A DNA stretch of 64,000 nt, from the NCBI GenBank assembly GCA_964036045.1, contig OZ038379.1:26102001-26166000 (forward strand). The letters run 5' to 3'. Positions 13,525 through 23,829 of the stretch are shown here, piece by piece. This stretch comes from Eutreptiella sp. 'Long Island Sound 2002' (taxonomy: Eukaryota > Protista > Euglenida). Position 1 is the stretch's first letter, and each line of letters opens with the position of its first letter. The notes below the pieces were generated by a model, which was not told the origin of the DNA, did not search any database, and saw nothing but the letters and a program-made list of their open reading frames with translations. The translations under genes and the position numbers were made by a program.

Positions 13525-13695
13525 TGGGCGAAATGGAAAAAAAAAGGGACGGAACGAGCTGTGTTTGTGTATATGGCGAAGGAAAAAAAAACCTACTACT
13601 ATAGAGCAGTACTTGTGTGTACGGCGAAGGAAAAAAAAAACTGATTGCCATAGAGCAGTACTTGTGTGTACGGCGAAGGAAAAAAAAAACTAATC
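13525..13695. repeat. About 48-bp tandem repeat (3-4 units), GGCGAAGG(A)n...TAGAGCAGTACTTGTGTGTA
   Basis: Units at about 13526 (degenerate), 13575, 13623 and 13672, immediately after the stop codon of the K ORF. Confidence 0.85.
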
Positions 13696-14793
13696 GGGTG
13701 CCTCGTAGGCCTGGGCAACCTGCCAGGCACCCAGCTGCTCTCCGGTGTGACGGGCCGTGTCGGAGAGGACAGCATATATAAACGGCCCTCCCCAGGCAGG
13801 GGGTGTGGGCGCCTACAACCACCTTTGCATTGGTGAGGAGGTAGAGTGGAGGCCTCCGTTGTTGTAGAGTAACCCCTTAGGCCACCGCGTCTCTGCCAAA
13901 CTGAACTAGACCTTTGCTAACCCCCTCCCCTAGCCCCCCTCCCCCCCCGGCAACTAGCAGCGACTAGCAAGTCCCTTAGAGAAGCCCTCCTCGGCGGCTA
14001 GCCCCCCCCCCCAAAAAAGCCCCCCCCCCTAGGGGCCTTCGGCCCACTTCTACTGGGGGGGGAGTCGCGTCTAAAAGCGAGGGGACGGCCCACCCGTGAG
14101 TGTGTGTAGCGCGGTGGTGTGCCGCTGCCGCATGTTCCATAAAAAAATTTTCTTTGGCCGTGAACACTGCATGTGCATGATGTTGCTGCCACCCTTGGCA
14201 CACTTTCCGGGCGGCCGCCAGGTACATTTTGGTGGCTCGTCCCATCGCCTGGTCACGTTGCCCCAACGCATATTGCAGGTATGTGCTCAATCGTGCTCCC
14301 CAATGTGTGATGAGATGACACTGTTCCAGCGACTGTGCTGCCACCAGCTGAGAATTGTGCACCATGATTGCCACCTCTGTGCAGTGTTCTAGTAGGAGGA
14401 CAGGTCGGGGGGGGGGGGGGCGTGGAGGGCAGCGGGTCGGCCGCGCGCAGGTGATCCAACAACTGTAGTTTTATGGCGTGGTCGCACACTTGGACGAGAC
14501 GGAGAATGCGTGATTTACTCGCGGCGGTCACGGGTACTTTGAGGAGCTCATTCGCATGTTTAGTCGGGCACTTTGTCTGTGGCGTGCGTACGGGCTGCCG
14601 TTTTCGCTTAGCTTGATGGTATCGGACTTGCTCGCTTAAATTCTTTTCAGTAGGATTAGGTTGGATGACCCGACCGCGGAGTTTTCCATATCACGGACTG
14701 ACTGATGTAGAGGTAGGAATGAGTTGCCCTGGGACACGTGGCGGCATGGGCAGCATGCCCCGTAGCGCCGCAACTCCCAATAGGGCATGGTAT

Positions 14794-14836
14794 TGTTTGC
14801 ACAAGCAGAGCACAAGAAAACTGCACAGGACTTGGG
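14794..14836 (-). repeat. Split direct repeat B2 (terminal)
   Basis: 43 bp identical to 15139-15181. Confidence 0.95.
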
Positions 14837-15074
14837 ATGGCAGTACTGAAGTATCACCAAGGCCGGAATACCGGCGGTTGTATGGACGGGTGCGCTGCGG
14901 ACCACTCCGCTGGATGCGGGACCCCACTCTGAAACGGACCCTGACCCTATACCCTGGTCCACACGCTGCAGCACGGTTAGATCCCCCACTCTACCCGAGG
15001 GAATCGGTTTCAAAAGGGAAAGGAAAGGGCAGGTGCTCTCAGGGGGTCAGCCGGTCAGTGGGTGGGTGGGCGGG

Positions 15075-15181
15075 CAAAGACAGGAAAACTGCCTAAACAT
15101 TGGAGACGCAAACAAAAGTTGAGACGAGGCACAACTAGTGTTTGCACAAGCAGAGCACAAGAAAACTGCACAGGACTTGGG
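15075..15181 (-). repeat. Internal B1-A2 junction (copy of the predicted circle junction)
   Basis: 15075-15140 equals 21170-21235 and 15139-15181 equals 14794-14836; the two overlap at TG. Confidence 0.95.
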
Positions 15182-16722
15182 TATTCATTCTCCGCCGTAC
15201 CCAGTTCCCACACCACAGGTCCCACATCCGGATCCCAGCTCCTGAGGAATGTGAACTGAGGTAGTAATCAAGCAAAAGGCAAAGCAACAGAAGCAACCCC
15301 CCCCCCCCACGACAACCAGGGGACCCGCCACCGTGCACTGTTGACCCGCATCTTCCCGAGACACGGCGCCGCGCTCAATGGCAGAGGCCAGAGGCTGAAG
15401 TGGAGGGAGGGCAGGATTCTTGTCTTGCACCGGGCCCAAATCAGCAACGCCACCCCCGGCGGACCCCTCCAGCGGCCGCGCCGCACGGACTGTCACCACA
15501 GTGGACAGACCCAGGTGGTCCCGGCGGTCTTCGTGCCCCACGTACAAATAAGGCGGGTAAATCGCACCAACCGGCCGTCAGCCCCAGCCGGACGCGGAGT
15601 GAGGCCGGCCCAAAAAGGTCTCCGCCATACCCAGGTATCCACCACAGGGTCCACAACCTAACCCCGGCGGACTCCTCCAGCGGCCATGCCGCCCCGGCCA
15701 GCCACCACAGCGGGGAGATACAGGCGATTACGACGGTCGCCGTGCCCTGCGGTCAAAGAGGCGGGCAAATCGCACCAACCGGCCGTCAGTCCCAGCCGGA
15801 CGCGGAGTGAGGCTGGTCCAAACAGGTGAATAAATAAAGCACCCAGCGGCCGCGCCACCAACCAAGTAAAAAGACAACACAACAGGTGCTCCCAGCGGCC
15901 ACGCCGTCGGAGTCTAGCTCTGCAGAGGGCAGACACAGGCGAACACGACTGTCGCTGAGTCTCACTGACGGTAAAAGGCGGTCAGTCCCAGCACCCGGCC
16001 GCCAGCTCCAGTGGAACGCGGACCGACGCGGCCCAGGAACACAAAACCAAATCAGCACCCAGCGGCCAAGCCGTCAGGGACACCCACTGCACTGGGCAGG
16101 CACAGACGACGACGACAGTCGTCAGACCTCACGGGTTGAAGAGGCGGGCAAATTGCAACACCAGCCCACATCGGGCCTGGATCCATATATAGGGTACAGC
16201 AACCCTGCGTCCCTGGTTCCAGTCCGTTAGGGAGACCACAGCGACTCCCTCCGGCAGCCTTATCTCCCAGACCTGGCAGCAGGCATGCCGCCCTGGGGGC
16301 TTGACGCTGCGGCCGTCGGGGGTCGTGCGGCGGTGCGGCGTGCCTCCCACGCGTGCGGCCACGTCCCGGACCGCCCGTTCCAAAAATCCCTCCCTGTCGT
16401 CAGGGAGGGGGCACTGGGGGCACAGGCGCACCCCGTTGCCGAGCAGCACCCGGCGGATGGGCAGGCATGCCAACCTGCCGCGAAGGCGGGTGCGGAGCAC
16501 GCTGCCCCACTTCGCCGCCCGGCGCGGCTGCGCGTCCGCGGATCGCTGGTGCCGCTGTCCGCCATGGCGGGCCTTCCGGTGGGCTCCACGGGAACCGCGC
16601 CGCTTGTGGGCCCCACGCGAGCCCCGACGCTTGGTCATAGGTGCGGATAGCAAAAGAAAAAAGGTTGCTACATCGAGGGCGCATACTCTGCCGCCGCTGG
16701 TCTGCTGGGGGGGGGGGGGGGG

Positions 16723-19051
16723 CTAGCATCCCCGGAGACACACCACCCCCCTCACCCGAGCCTCGCCCAGATTCTCCAGCAATGCATCCCACGTGCACCA
16801 AGCCTCGACTTCCGCTCTGGCCTGTGAGCCTCCGAACACTGACGTCACCCTGGACATAGGGTCCCCCGGCTGAAGCGCCGAGGGCACCCACACGAGGCGG
16901 AGCACGATCCCTGATACCCACAGGATTCTAGCCAACGACCGAAGGACCGTTTGGTGGTGGGTCAGGTGGCTAGTCGCGCGCAGTCTGAGGACCTGAGCAA
17001 TGGCCGCCTCACTGTCGCTACAGACCGTAACAGATCGGTGTCCCGTCCGGACTGCAAACCTGACAGCCCACGCCACTCCCCTCAGCTCCGTGGTTTGCTG
17101 GCTGGCGAAGCGGGCAGGAGGTGTCACATGCGTACGCACACCCACTCCCGGCACGAGCGCCCCAACCCTCCAACACCCCGCATCGCGCGCTCCATCGACA
17201 CAGACGACGACGCCCCCGCACCACAGAGATGATCGCGAAAGCCTATCCTCAGTCCCAAACTGGAGGGTCCTCAATTGCCGCCAGGCCTCCCCGCCCGGCG
17301 CCCGCCAGGGCTCGGCCGCCACCGCCGCCAATGTTGCAAGGCTGCCCAGCATTTTCAGGGGGAAGCCCTGGGCCGGCTGTTTGACCCCCCCCACCGTCCT
17401 ACCCCAGCGCAACCAGCAGTAGGCGCCCGCCGCGAAAGGGCAACCCAATCCCCTCGGACGCACATGCCAATTCAGCAAACCCAGGAAGCTTTGGAGGTGC
17501 TGGTCGTTGCCTGCGCCAACCGCCAGCCTCAGCCATCCCGCCCACAACTGGAGCAGAGCTTGTTCATGGCTCCTGATCTGCCTAGCCTGCAAGTCGAGCT
17601 CCTTCCCCAGGAATGACGCCACAGGCACCGGGTCCAGGACACTCTTAGGACTTATGAGGAACCCAGCCTCGATCAGGGCACGCACTGCCACTCGTCCCGC
17701 CTCCCTGAGCACCTCCCTATCAGTGAAGACGAGCAAAAAGTCATCGAGGTAGTGCACAAGGAGTATCTCGGGGGGCAGTACCCCCTGGAGAATGCGAGCC
17801 AAACTCGTTTGGCACATATGGGGGCTGTATTTCCAGCCAAACGGTAGTCGCGACAGCGCCACAGGCGGAGCCCCGGGGGCGGGCCGGAAGCGAAAAACCT
17901 GGCGCGCACCCTGGGGCAAGCAAAAGCTCCAGAACGCATTCTTGAGGTCAATGTGGAGGCCGTAGAGGTCCACATCAGGCGGGAATGTCGACAAGGACCT
18001 AGCCAAATCCTCCCAGGAATCCAATCTAAAAGTGGGGGGCTTGCCCCCGTCACTCTTGTTGATCTTGACGCAACTCAAGATCAAGGATACCTTCTCGGAT
18101 GATTTGGGGATGAGGAAGGGGTAACACGTGGGGGGGGGGGGGGTCAGCCGGCTCCTCGTAGACCCCCGCCCCCCTCAACGCCTGCACTATCCTCTGGACC
18201 TGCTGCGACACCCACCTGGTTGCCCCTCGGACCACCCTATCCCCGTCCTGCCACTCCCGCTCGACGTCAAAATCCTGGATCCCTCCGTGGTAGAAGGGCG
18301 GTACGACAGCGTCCCACAGATCGTCCGGTAGCTGGTGGGAGCCTACCGGTCCCAATCCCCGGTCCAAAATGGCATCCTCGACCCCCCCCATGAATCGCGG
18401 AATGGGGGAGGTGTTGATATGGAGGCATGCCTCCCAGGCGTCCGGGTGGAGCTTGCGCAAGGCGCCCAGGAGAGCGGGTAAAGCCCCTTGCAAGCGGAAA
18501 TCCTCGGCTGTATCGAATACTCTATTCAACCACAAATCCACCCTCTTCACAACCATCCACAAGCCACAACGTTCCCGCTCGGCTATCCAGTGAAAATGGG
18601 GGGTGAGCGCCTGCATGAACTCGAGGAAGAGGGGGGGCTTTTCCTGCACCCTCCCACCCCTGTCGGGACCCTTACAGAGGGGGGGGGGGGGACGCCACTG
18701 GGCCCGCCCTCCCCCAAGCCTTGGCCTTGAGACGCTCAGCTGCAGCCACGAAGGCACCCTCCACCGGGCCTTGCGCCTCCGGCGTCCGGACATGCCCGCC
18801 CTGCCCGAGCTTGATGCGCTTGGGCTGCGGCGTTCCGATCTGCTGGGCCAAACGAGGTCTCCCAGCTTGACGGCGTGCGGGGGCTCGGGATCGCACGGCC
18901 TGCGTACCATCCAGGACCACCTTAGCGCGACGCGGCCCCGTGTATGTGCGGCGGACACGGCCCACCACTCCAGCTTTCGAGCCCGCTGCGGGCCCTCCTC
19001 TGACAGGGCCAACGGCTGCCCTGGAGGACCACGGCTTACGCTCCCGTCCAA
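16723..19051 (-). CDS. Reverse transcriptase / RNase H of the YR retrotransposon (one frameshift in the C-run at about 18129-18143)
   Basis: Motifs CYPFLIPKSSEKVSLILSC, HIDLKNAFW, LPFGWKYSP, HYLDDFLL and FLGKELD; RNase H VDGAR, QQTTEL, SDSE and WVPSALQPGDPMSR. ORFs 18050-19051 and 16723-18084 join through the homopolymer. Confidence 0.9.
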
Positions 19052-20388
19052 CGAACCTGGCCACTCCGGCCTGTCGACGCCCGGGGGGAGCCCCTGGCGC
19101 TGCCGACTGCGAATTCACCAGAGGGCTCGCTTCCGGAATCCTCGCTGTTGTCGTCGGTGTCCACGTCGGAATCGACATTGATGGGCCCGGCTGCCGTCCC
19201 TGGCCCGCACGCCCCCCCCCCCACGGCAACCAAAGGCCCCGCCACCGTGCACAGCTGACCCGCATCTTCCCGAGACACGGCGCCGCGCTCAATGGCAGAG
19301 GCCAAAGGCTGAAGTGGAGGGAGGGTAGGAGCCGTGTCAGGCCCCGGGCCCATCTCAGCAGAGCCATCCCCGGTGGACTCCTCCAGCTCGGTCGCGGCTT
19401 GGTCTCCGTCGCCTCCGCTCCCAACTGTGCCGCTCGCGGTGGACTCCAGTTCCTGACCTCGCGGACGCCTCGGCTTGCGCTTGGTCGGGGTGCTGAGGGC
19501 GCTCGCGATACTGGGGAACATCGGGGATCCCCACAGGGCCAGGACGCCCACGCGTTCCGGAGTCGGCAAAGGCCCCTGGTCACGGGACCATGCGGGCAGC
19601 ACCGTAGGGGCAACGACTCCCGGGTCTGACCATTTGGTGCCGTATTGCATCGCCACGGCCGTGCTCTGCCATCTGCCCCACCATTTGTAGTAGGCGAGGT
19701 CTGGTTTACGGGCCCAAGTCGCTGCGGCGCCTCCCCTGCGCAGGGCGTGCCACCTGGCTCGGAAGTGGGCGGTGCTCGCCAGGGTGTCGGCCATGCCTGC
19801 CTCCAACCCCGCTTCCCCTGACTGCCAGACGAGCATGTCTGCGGACCGGCCCAGCGAAACCATGTGGCCATGAAGCCACGCCCGGACGCCGTCCGCATAC
19901 CTGTACAGGGGGCGGGTGGTGTACCCCTCCTCCCCTGTCTTGGAGTTCCAAAACTGGACAAAGCCTGGCATAGCCAGGTCAGTAACCCTGATGCCAGCTG
20001 CTTCGCCCACCCGCAGGTAGCATACCCAGCTGATGATGGCCAATGCGCTGAACACCGCTCCGTGTCTGGAGTCTCTGGCCTTTTCGACCAGCTGGACCAA
20101 GCCTGCTGGGGACAGATAGGGCTGAGAGCCCGAAGATGCGGCTCCCGCCGCAATCCGTTTGTGCAAGGTGGTGACTGTTGGGGGCAGCCATTGGAGGTCC
20201 TCCACGGCTCTGACCGCGGAGGTAATACCCCGCAGGGCCGACGCTGTAGCGCCGGCTTGCGCCCGCTCTGCCAGGAGGCCTGCCAGTGCTGCGGCTGTAT
20301 CACGCGGGCCCGTGCGGTCCGCGTAAGCCGCCAAGGCCCGGAGTCGGGACGCGGACTGCGAGCGGGTTCTCGGTCTCCAGGACTGCAT
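19036..20388 (-). CDS. Tyrosine recombinase
   Basis: Catalytic set present: R (YLRVGEA), K (NSKTG), HxxR (WHALRRGGA), W (WGRW), Y (AMQY). It ends in a low-complexity C-terminal tail. Confidence 0.9.
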   Translation of the reverse strand: MQSWRPRTRSQSASRLRALAAYADRTGPRDTAAALAGLLAERAQAGATASALRGITSAVRAVEDLQWLPPTVTTLHKRIAAGAASSGSQPYLSPAGLVQLVEKARDSRHGAVFSALAIISWVCYLRVGEAAGIRVTDLAMPGFVQFWNSKTGEEGYTTRPLYRYADGVRAWLHGHMVSLGRSADMLVWQSGEAGLEAGMADTLASTAHFRARWHALRRGGAAATWARKPDLAYYKWWGRWQSTAVAMQYGTKWSDPGVVAPTVLPAWSRDQGPLPTPERVGVLALWGSPMFPSIASALSTPTKRKPRRPRGQELESTASGTVGSGGDGDQAATELEESTGDGSAEMGPGPDTAPTLPPLQPLASAIERGAVSREDAGQLCTVAGPLVAVGGGACGPGTAAGPINVDSDVDTDDNSEDSGSEPSGEFAVGSARGSPRASTGRSGQVRWTGA

Positions 20389-20523
20389 GGCACTTTCCTC
20401 CGGTGAGCAGGGGTCGTCTGACCGGGCTGCTGTCTCCCACCGGCGGGCGAGCGCCCGCAGCTCTGCCGCCGTGTCCGCAACGCCGGAGCCCGGGGCGGCC
20501 GGTCCGGGCTCCAGCCGGTCCTG

Positions 20524-21156
20524 TCAGGACCAGTGTGGGCATCTAAAGTGCCAGTGGCATTCGTCGGGGGAGCCCCGCTGCGCGCACCTCTGGCACCCTC
20601 CGCTCGGCGGCGAGTCCACAGGGATCCACTCGCCCTGCCTCGACTGCCATTGCAGTACTCCTCCCACCTCCCTGAATTTCACGCTCCGCCACGTGAACGC
20701 CGATCCTTGTTCCTTCCATGCCTCCTCCAGCGTGGTGTACTGGTTGGACTCGGAGCTGGTTTTTCCTTGCGTCCCTGCATACCTGCGGGCATACGCCGCC
20801 TGGGACTGGGACACACAGTCCCAGACCCTCCACGCCAGCTGCTCTCCTGGGTCGACTGCGGCCTCCGTCGCCTGGCCGCCAAACTCACTTGGTCGGGGGA
20901 TCTCCCCCACCTCCCCAGCTCTAAGGCGTACGTACGCCTTGATGTTGGACAGCATGAGTCTCATCCACTGTGCCAACTGAGGCTTCTCGAGGGCTCGGTT
21001 TACTTCTGGTACGCTCAGTGGGGGCAGGCGGGGCCCCTCCTTCACTGCCACTCGGGCGAGTTGCTCTCTGAGTTCTTGAATTTCTTTGGCTTGTGCCGCC
21101 AGCCGCTCCTCGGCTGACTCTTGCTGGTTCTGACTAGGCTGCTCAACCCCGTCCAT
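20524..21156 (-). CDS. Gag-like protein of the YR retrotransposon
   Basis: First ORF after repeat A1, with an N-terminal coiled-coil-like segment and a C-terminal PP..C-x2-C...HW..C zinc-knuckle-like motif. Confidence 0.7.
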   Translation of the reverse strand: MDGVEQPSQNQQESAEERLAAQAKEIQELREQLARVAVKEGPRLPPLSVPEVNRALEKPQLAQWMRLMLSNIKAYVRLRAGEVGEIPRPSEFGGQATEAAVDPGEQLAWRVWDCVSQSQAAYARRYAGTQGKTSSESNQYTTLEEAWKEQGSAFTWRSVKFREVGGVLQWQSRQGEWIPVDSPPSGGCQRCAQRGSPDECHWHFRCPHWS

Positions 21157-21169
21157 GGGTCAACAAAAA

Positions 21170-21235
21170 CAAAGACAGGAAAACTGCCTAAACATTGGAG
21201 ACGCAAACAAAAGTTGAGACGAGGCACAACTAGTG
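21170..21235 (-). repeat. Split direct repeat A1 (terminal)
   Basis: 66 bp identical to 15075-15140. Confidence 0.95.
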
Positions 21236-22194
21236 AAACCATGCCACCCGATACCGGATGTTCGCCATAGCCTTGAGGGGGATTGTGTCAATGAAGGTGC
21301 TAGGGATGCGGAGACAGGATATCTGCTTGAGGTCGTTGGTTGTCGCTGTAAGGAGCCAGTCGTGGGCCTGTTGGTGCCACTCGCCCCAAGAGTGGGTCCA
21401 TAGATTGATGAAAGAGGGCCGCCATCGAGGGCAAGAAACGAGGCGCCGATGTGCAGTGGTGCCGTGGTGCTGCCCACATAGCTGGCACTTTAGAACTTGC
21501 CTTTCCCATGGTGCGCCACAGGCTTCCCATCGCACGCTGCCCCAGAGCCAAGGGTGCCTAAGGCGTCGGCGCTTGCCCTTCAGAGGTAACCAGGTTGTCC
21601 AATGTGCCCCGCGGAACCCAAGGATACTCCGACAGTCCAGGATCCATTTGTGTGCAGGGGTAGGCGCATGCCCCCCCCCAATAACGACGTGACTGACATC
21701 AGTGGGGTCAACATCTGGGAGTGGAAGACCTGCTGCTTTTTTGGCCCATCTGTCAACTTCGTTGTTGTGCCGGATGTCCTCTCGGTCCTGCTTGGTACAC
21801 GCCTGAGTGAGTTCCCGGTGCCCTGGTATCCACCGCACGGGGATCGGATTGCCTTGTGTGTGGTTGTAGATAAAGTCCCGGAGATCGCGGTCTGCACATT
21901 CCCGGTGTGGCTCCGTTTGACACCACCGCACAATGCCTGGTTGTCAAGCGTAAGCGTGTCATCTGCACCTCGTAATTGGGTGAGCATTGCTGGTGGCTGG
22001 AGCTCGGCCCTGTACCGGTAGGACGTTTGTGGTCCCGTAATGCGGGCAATGACAATGAGTGGGCCGCAAATCAGAGAACAGCCTGCTCGGGAGTGATCAC
22101 CGTGATCAGCGTGGCTGATGAGTTTGCTACCATCGCTGTGCCACTCGTTGCCACTGCGGGCTTTGTTGTTGGCGTACGCCTCATGGCCCGCTAT

Positions 22195-22893
22195 GGGGGA
22201 ATCTTTGCACTGCACGTGCACTGCGCGCTACTTTTAGACTATGTTCCCCCCGAAGAGCCCCCAAGCAAACCCCTTGGAAATGCCCTTAGAATTAGGTGAC
22301 CCAAACTACCCCGGCTCAAGAAAGTTGCAAACTACCTTCCCTTCACATAACACACATCATGCACAACTGGAAAAGCCATGAACAGCGCGTTGGTCGCCAC
22401 CCTCAAGAATACAGAACTGTCTTTCTGTTCCATTGTCTACTAAGTACACATGGACTCCATCTTGCATTGGCGATTTACCACCCGTAGTGCATCTTGGTAG
22501 TACTCCAAGTGGATGAGCCCATCTCCCGCCATCCCAACCACCGTGGCAGGAACTCGCACGCTGTTGGAGCGGGTGTAGAACACCCGATCGCCAAGACTCA
22601 AATCCATGAAGAAAGTGTTTCTAAGAAAGGAGGAGGGGGGTATGAAGTCGTGTAGCATATGTGCAAGCACGATAGATCAATGTGTGCACACGAGCATTGC
22701 GCCTTGCCATGCCTTGACACAACCATGCTACGCCTTGCCATGCCTTGACCCAAACGTGCTACACCTTGCAAAACCTCCGCTAGGGGTCACCATGATGCCC
22801 CTAGGGGCCCCTAGTATCTCAAAGTGTGGGTCTCTAGTACGGCCAGACACCCAAATAGTTGCACTGCGCGCGCACTGCGCTTGAGGCTCCCCC
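22195..22893 (-). mobile_element. Harbinger-type deletion derivative (E3), TSD TAT, carrying a Tudor/SH3-like coding remnant
   Basis: TAT|GGGGGA ... TCCCCC|TAT. The segment MDLSLGDRVFYTRSNSVRVPATVVG (ATG at 22607) is homologous to the transposase N-terminus at 26479. Excision restores the LINE frame. Confidence 0.85.
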
Positions 22894-23510
22894 TATGACA
22901 CATTTGGTGGAGCCAGGCGGGACCTCTCCATCCGCTGGAATGGGCGTGGTACATTCTGTTGCGATGTATTTTCGTGACAGTAACTCGTCTCCGACAGCAG
23001 GTTGCTGGCTGTGTATTTGTATCCCGTCGTCAGAGGACTCTTCATCGAAGAGTGTGGGGCCCCCGCGTGGGGCCCGATACTCGCAAAGCTGGATGGAAGT
23101 CCGTGCACCCAATTGGCGGAGCATGGTAACATAGTCCCGAATGGGTGTCATCTTCCGGTCCACGGGGCGCTGGGCAATTGCCCAGACTCGGCTGTGGCGA
23201 TCGCGGAGTGCAGTTTGCAGCAGGGAGATGTAGCGGCAGCGGAACGCCCAGTACATTTGGTGCGGCCCTGTGCCTCCCCGATGGATCGGGTCGGTGAGAT
23301 GGAGTGCATGGGATGCCTGCGATGAGTACAAGGGATACAAGTGGCGGTGCCCCACAACACAGTCACCCACACAACAACACAGTGAGCCGCAACGAAAAAT
23401 TTTGGGTTGACCAAGTGACCCCCCCCCCCCCCCAGGGAACGACAAGGGGGGAACGTTAGCGCGCCGGGCGCGCGCCGGGCATCTTTTGTGACCCGTGCCC
23501 TGCCGGTGGA

Positions 23511-23665
23511 CTGTTGTTGTTGATATGTTGGGCAACATTATATGGATTTGCCCCTTGGCCCCCGGGACATCAGCAGATGTTTTGATTTGGGATGGGTATG
23601 GACCTTCTCGTACCCGAGGTGATTTCTTTGATTTCGAAGTTGGGGGCCATGATGGTGCTTATAAG
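23511..23665 (+). pseudogene. Transposase remnant of D, 5' piece
   Basis: [49 protein letters not shown], near-identical to the G transposase. Confidence 0.85.
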
Positions 23666-23829
23666 GGGGGAATGTTTGCCCGGCGCGCGCCCGGCGCGCT
23701 ACTTTTGTATTAACTATCCCGACTTCAGCCCCAGATTTACCCTCCCATGGATAAGCCCCCCAAATAGACCACATTGCACTGCACACCTTTCCTAAAAGCA
23801 CGTTGCAAAATAAAGCAAAATCTGTGACT

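Larger units (their letters stand above)
11580..14098 (+). mobile_element. Non-autonomous DNA transposon (K) with about 48-bp imperfect TIRs (CACGGGTGGGCCGT...) and 8-bp TSD AGTGTGTG
   Basis: TIRs at 11580-11628 and 14054-14098; TSD at 11572-11579 and 14099-14106. Excision rejoins the LINE ORF in frame. The superfamily is unresolved. Confidence 0.72.
14794..21235 (-). mobile_element. Tyrosine-recombinase retrotransposon, VIPER/TATE-like (gag - YR - RT/RNase H) with split direct repeats
   Basis: Three ORFs in gag-YR-pol order; repeats A1 21170-21235, B1 15139-15181, A2 15075-15140, B2 14794-14836. There is no TSD, only a shared TG core at both ends and at the internal junction. Excision restores the host LINE ORF. 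Confidence 0.9.
11422..23415 (-). mobile_element. Non-LTR retrotransposon (post-RT region, RNase H, CCHC-like knuckle, helical C-terminus), split into four pieces by nested insertions
   Basis: Pieces are 23415-22894, 22194-21236, 14793-14099 and 11579-11422. RNase H motifs: WHSDGSK, GPQTSY(RY)RAEL, VRWIPGH, HNNEVDRWAK, plus CQLCGQHHGTTAHRRLVSC. The frame is restored across each empty site (CVI|AGHEAY; RVAWF|QYHALL; HRATH|TLFSAY). Homologous to the LINE at 42.8-45.0 kb. Confidence 0.8.

Noticed and set aside
16129-16726. Fourth ORF in the YR element 3' region
   Set aside because: Arg/Gly/Pro-rich ORFs occur in several frames of GC-rich sequence; none has a convincing start or motif.
18672-20480. 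602-aa overlapping ORF and long plus-strand ORFs across the YR element
   Set aside because: These are alternative-frame or antisense shadows of GC-rich coding sequence with no recognisable motifs.
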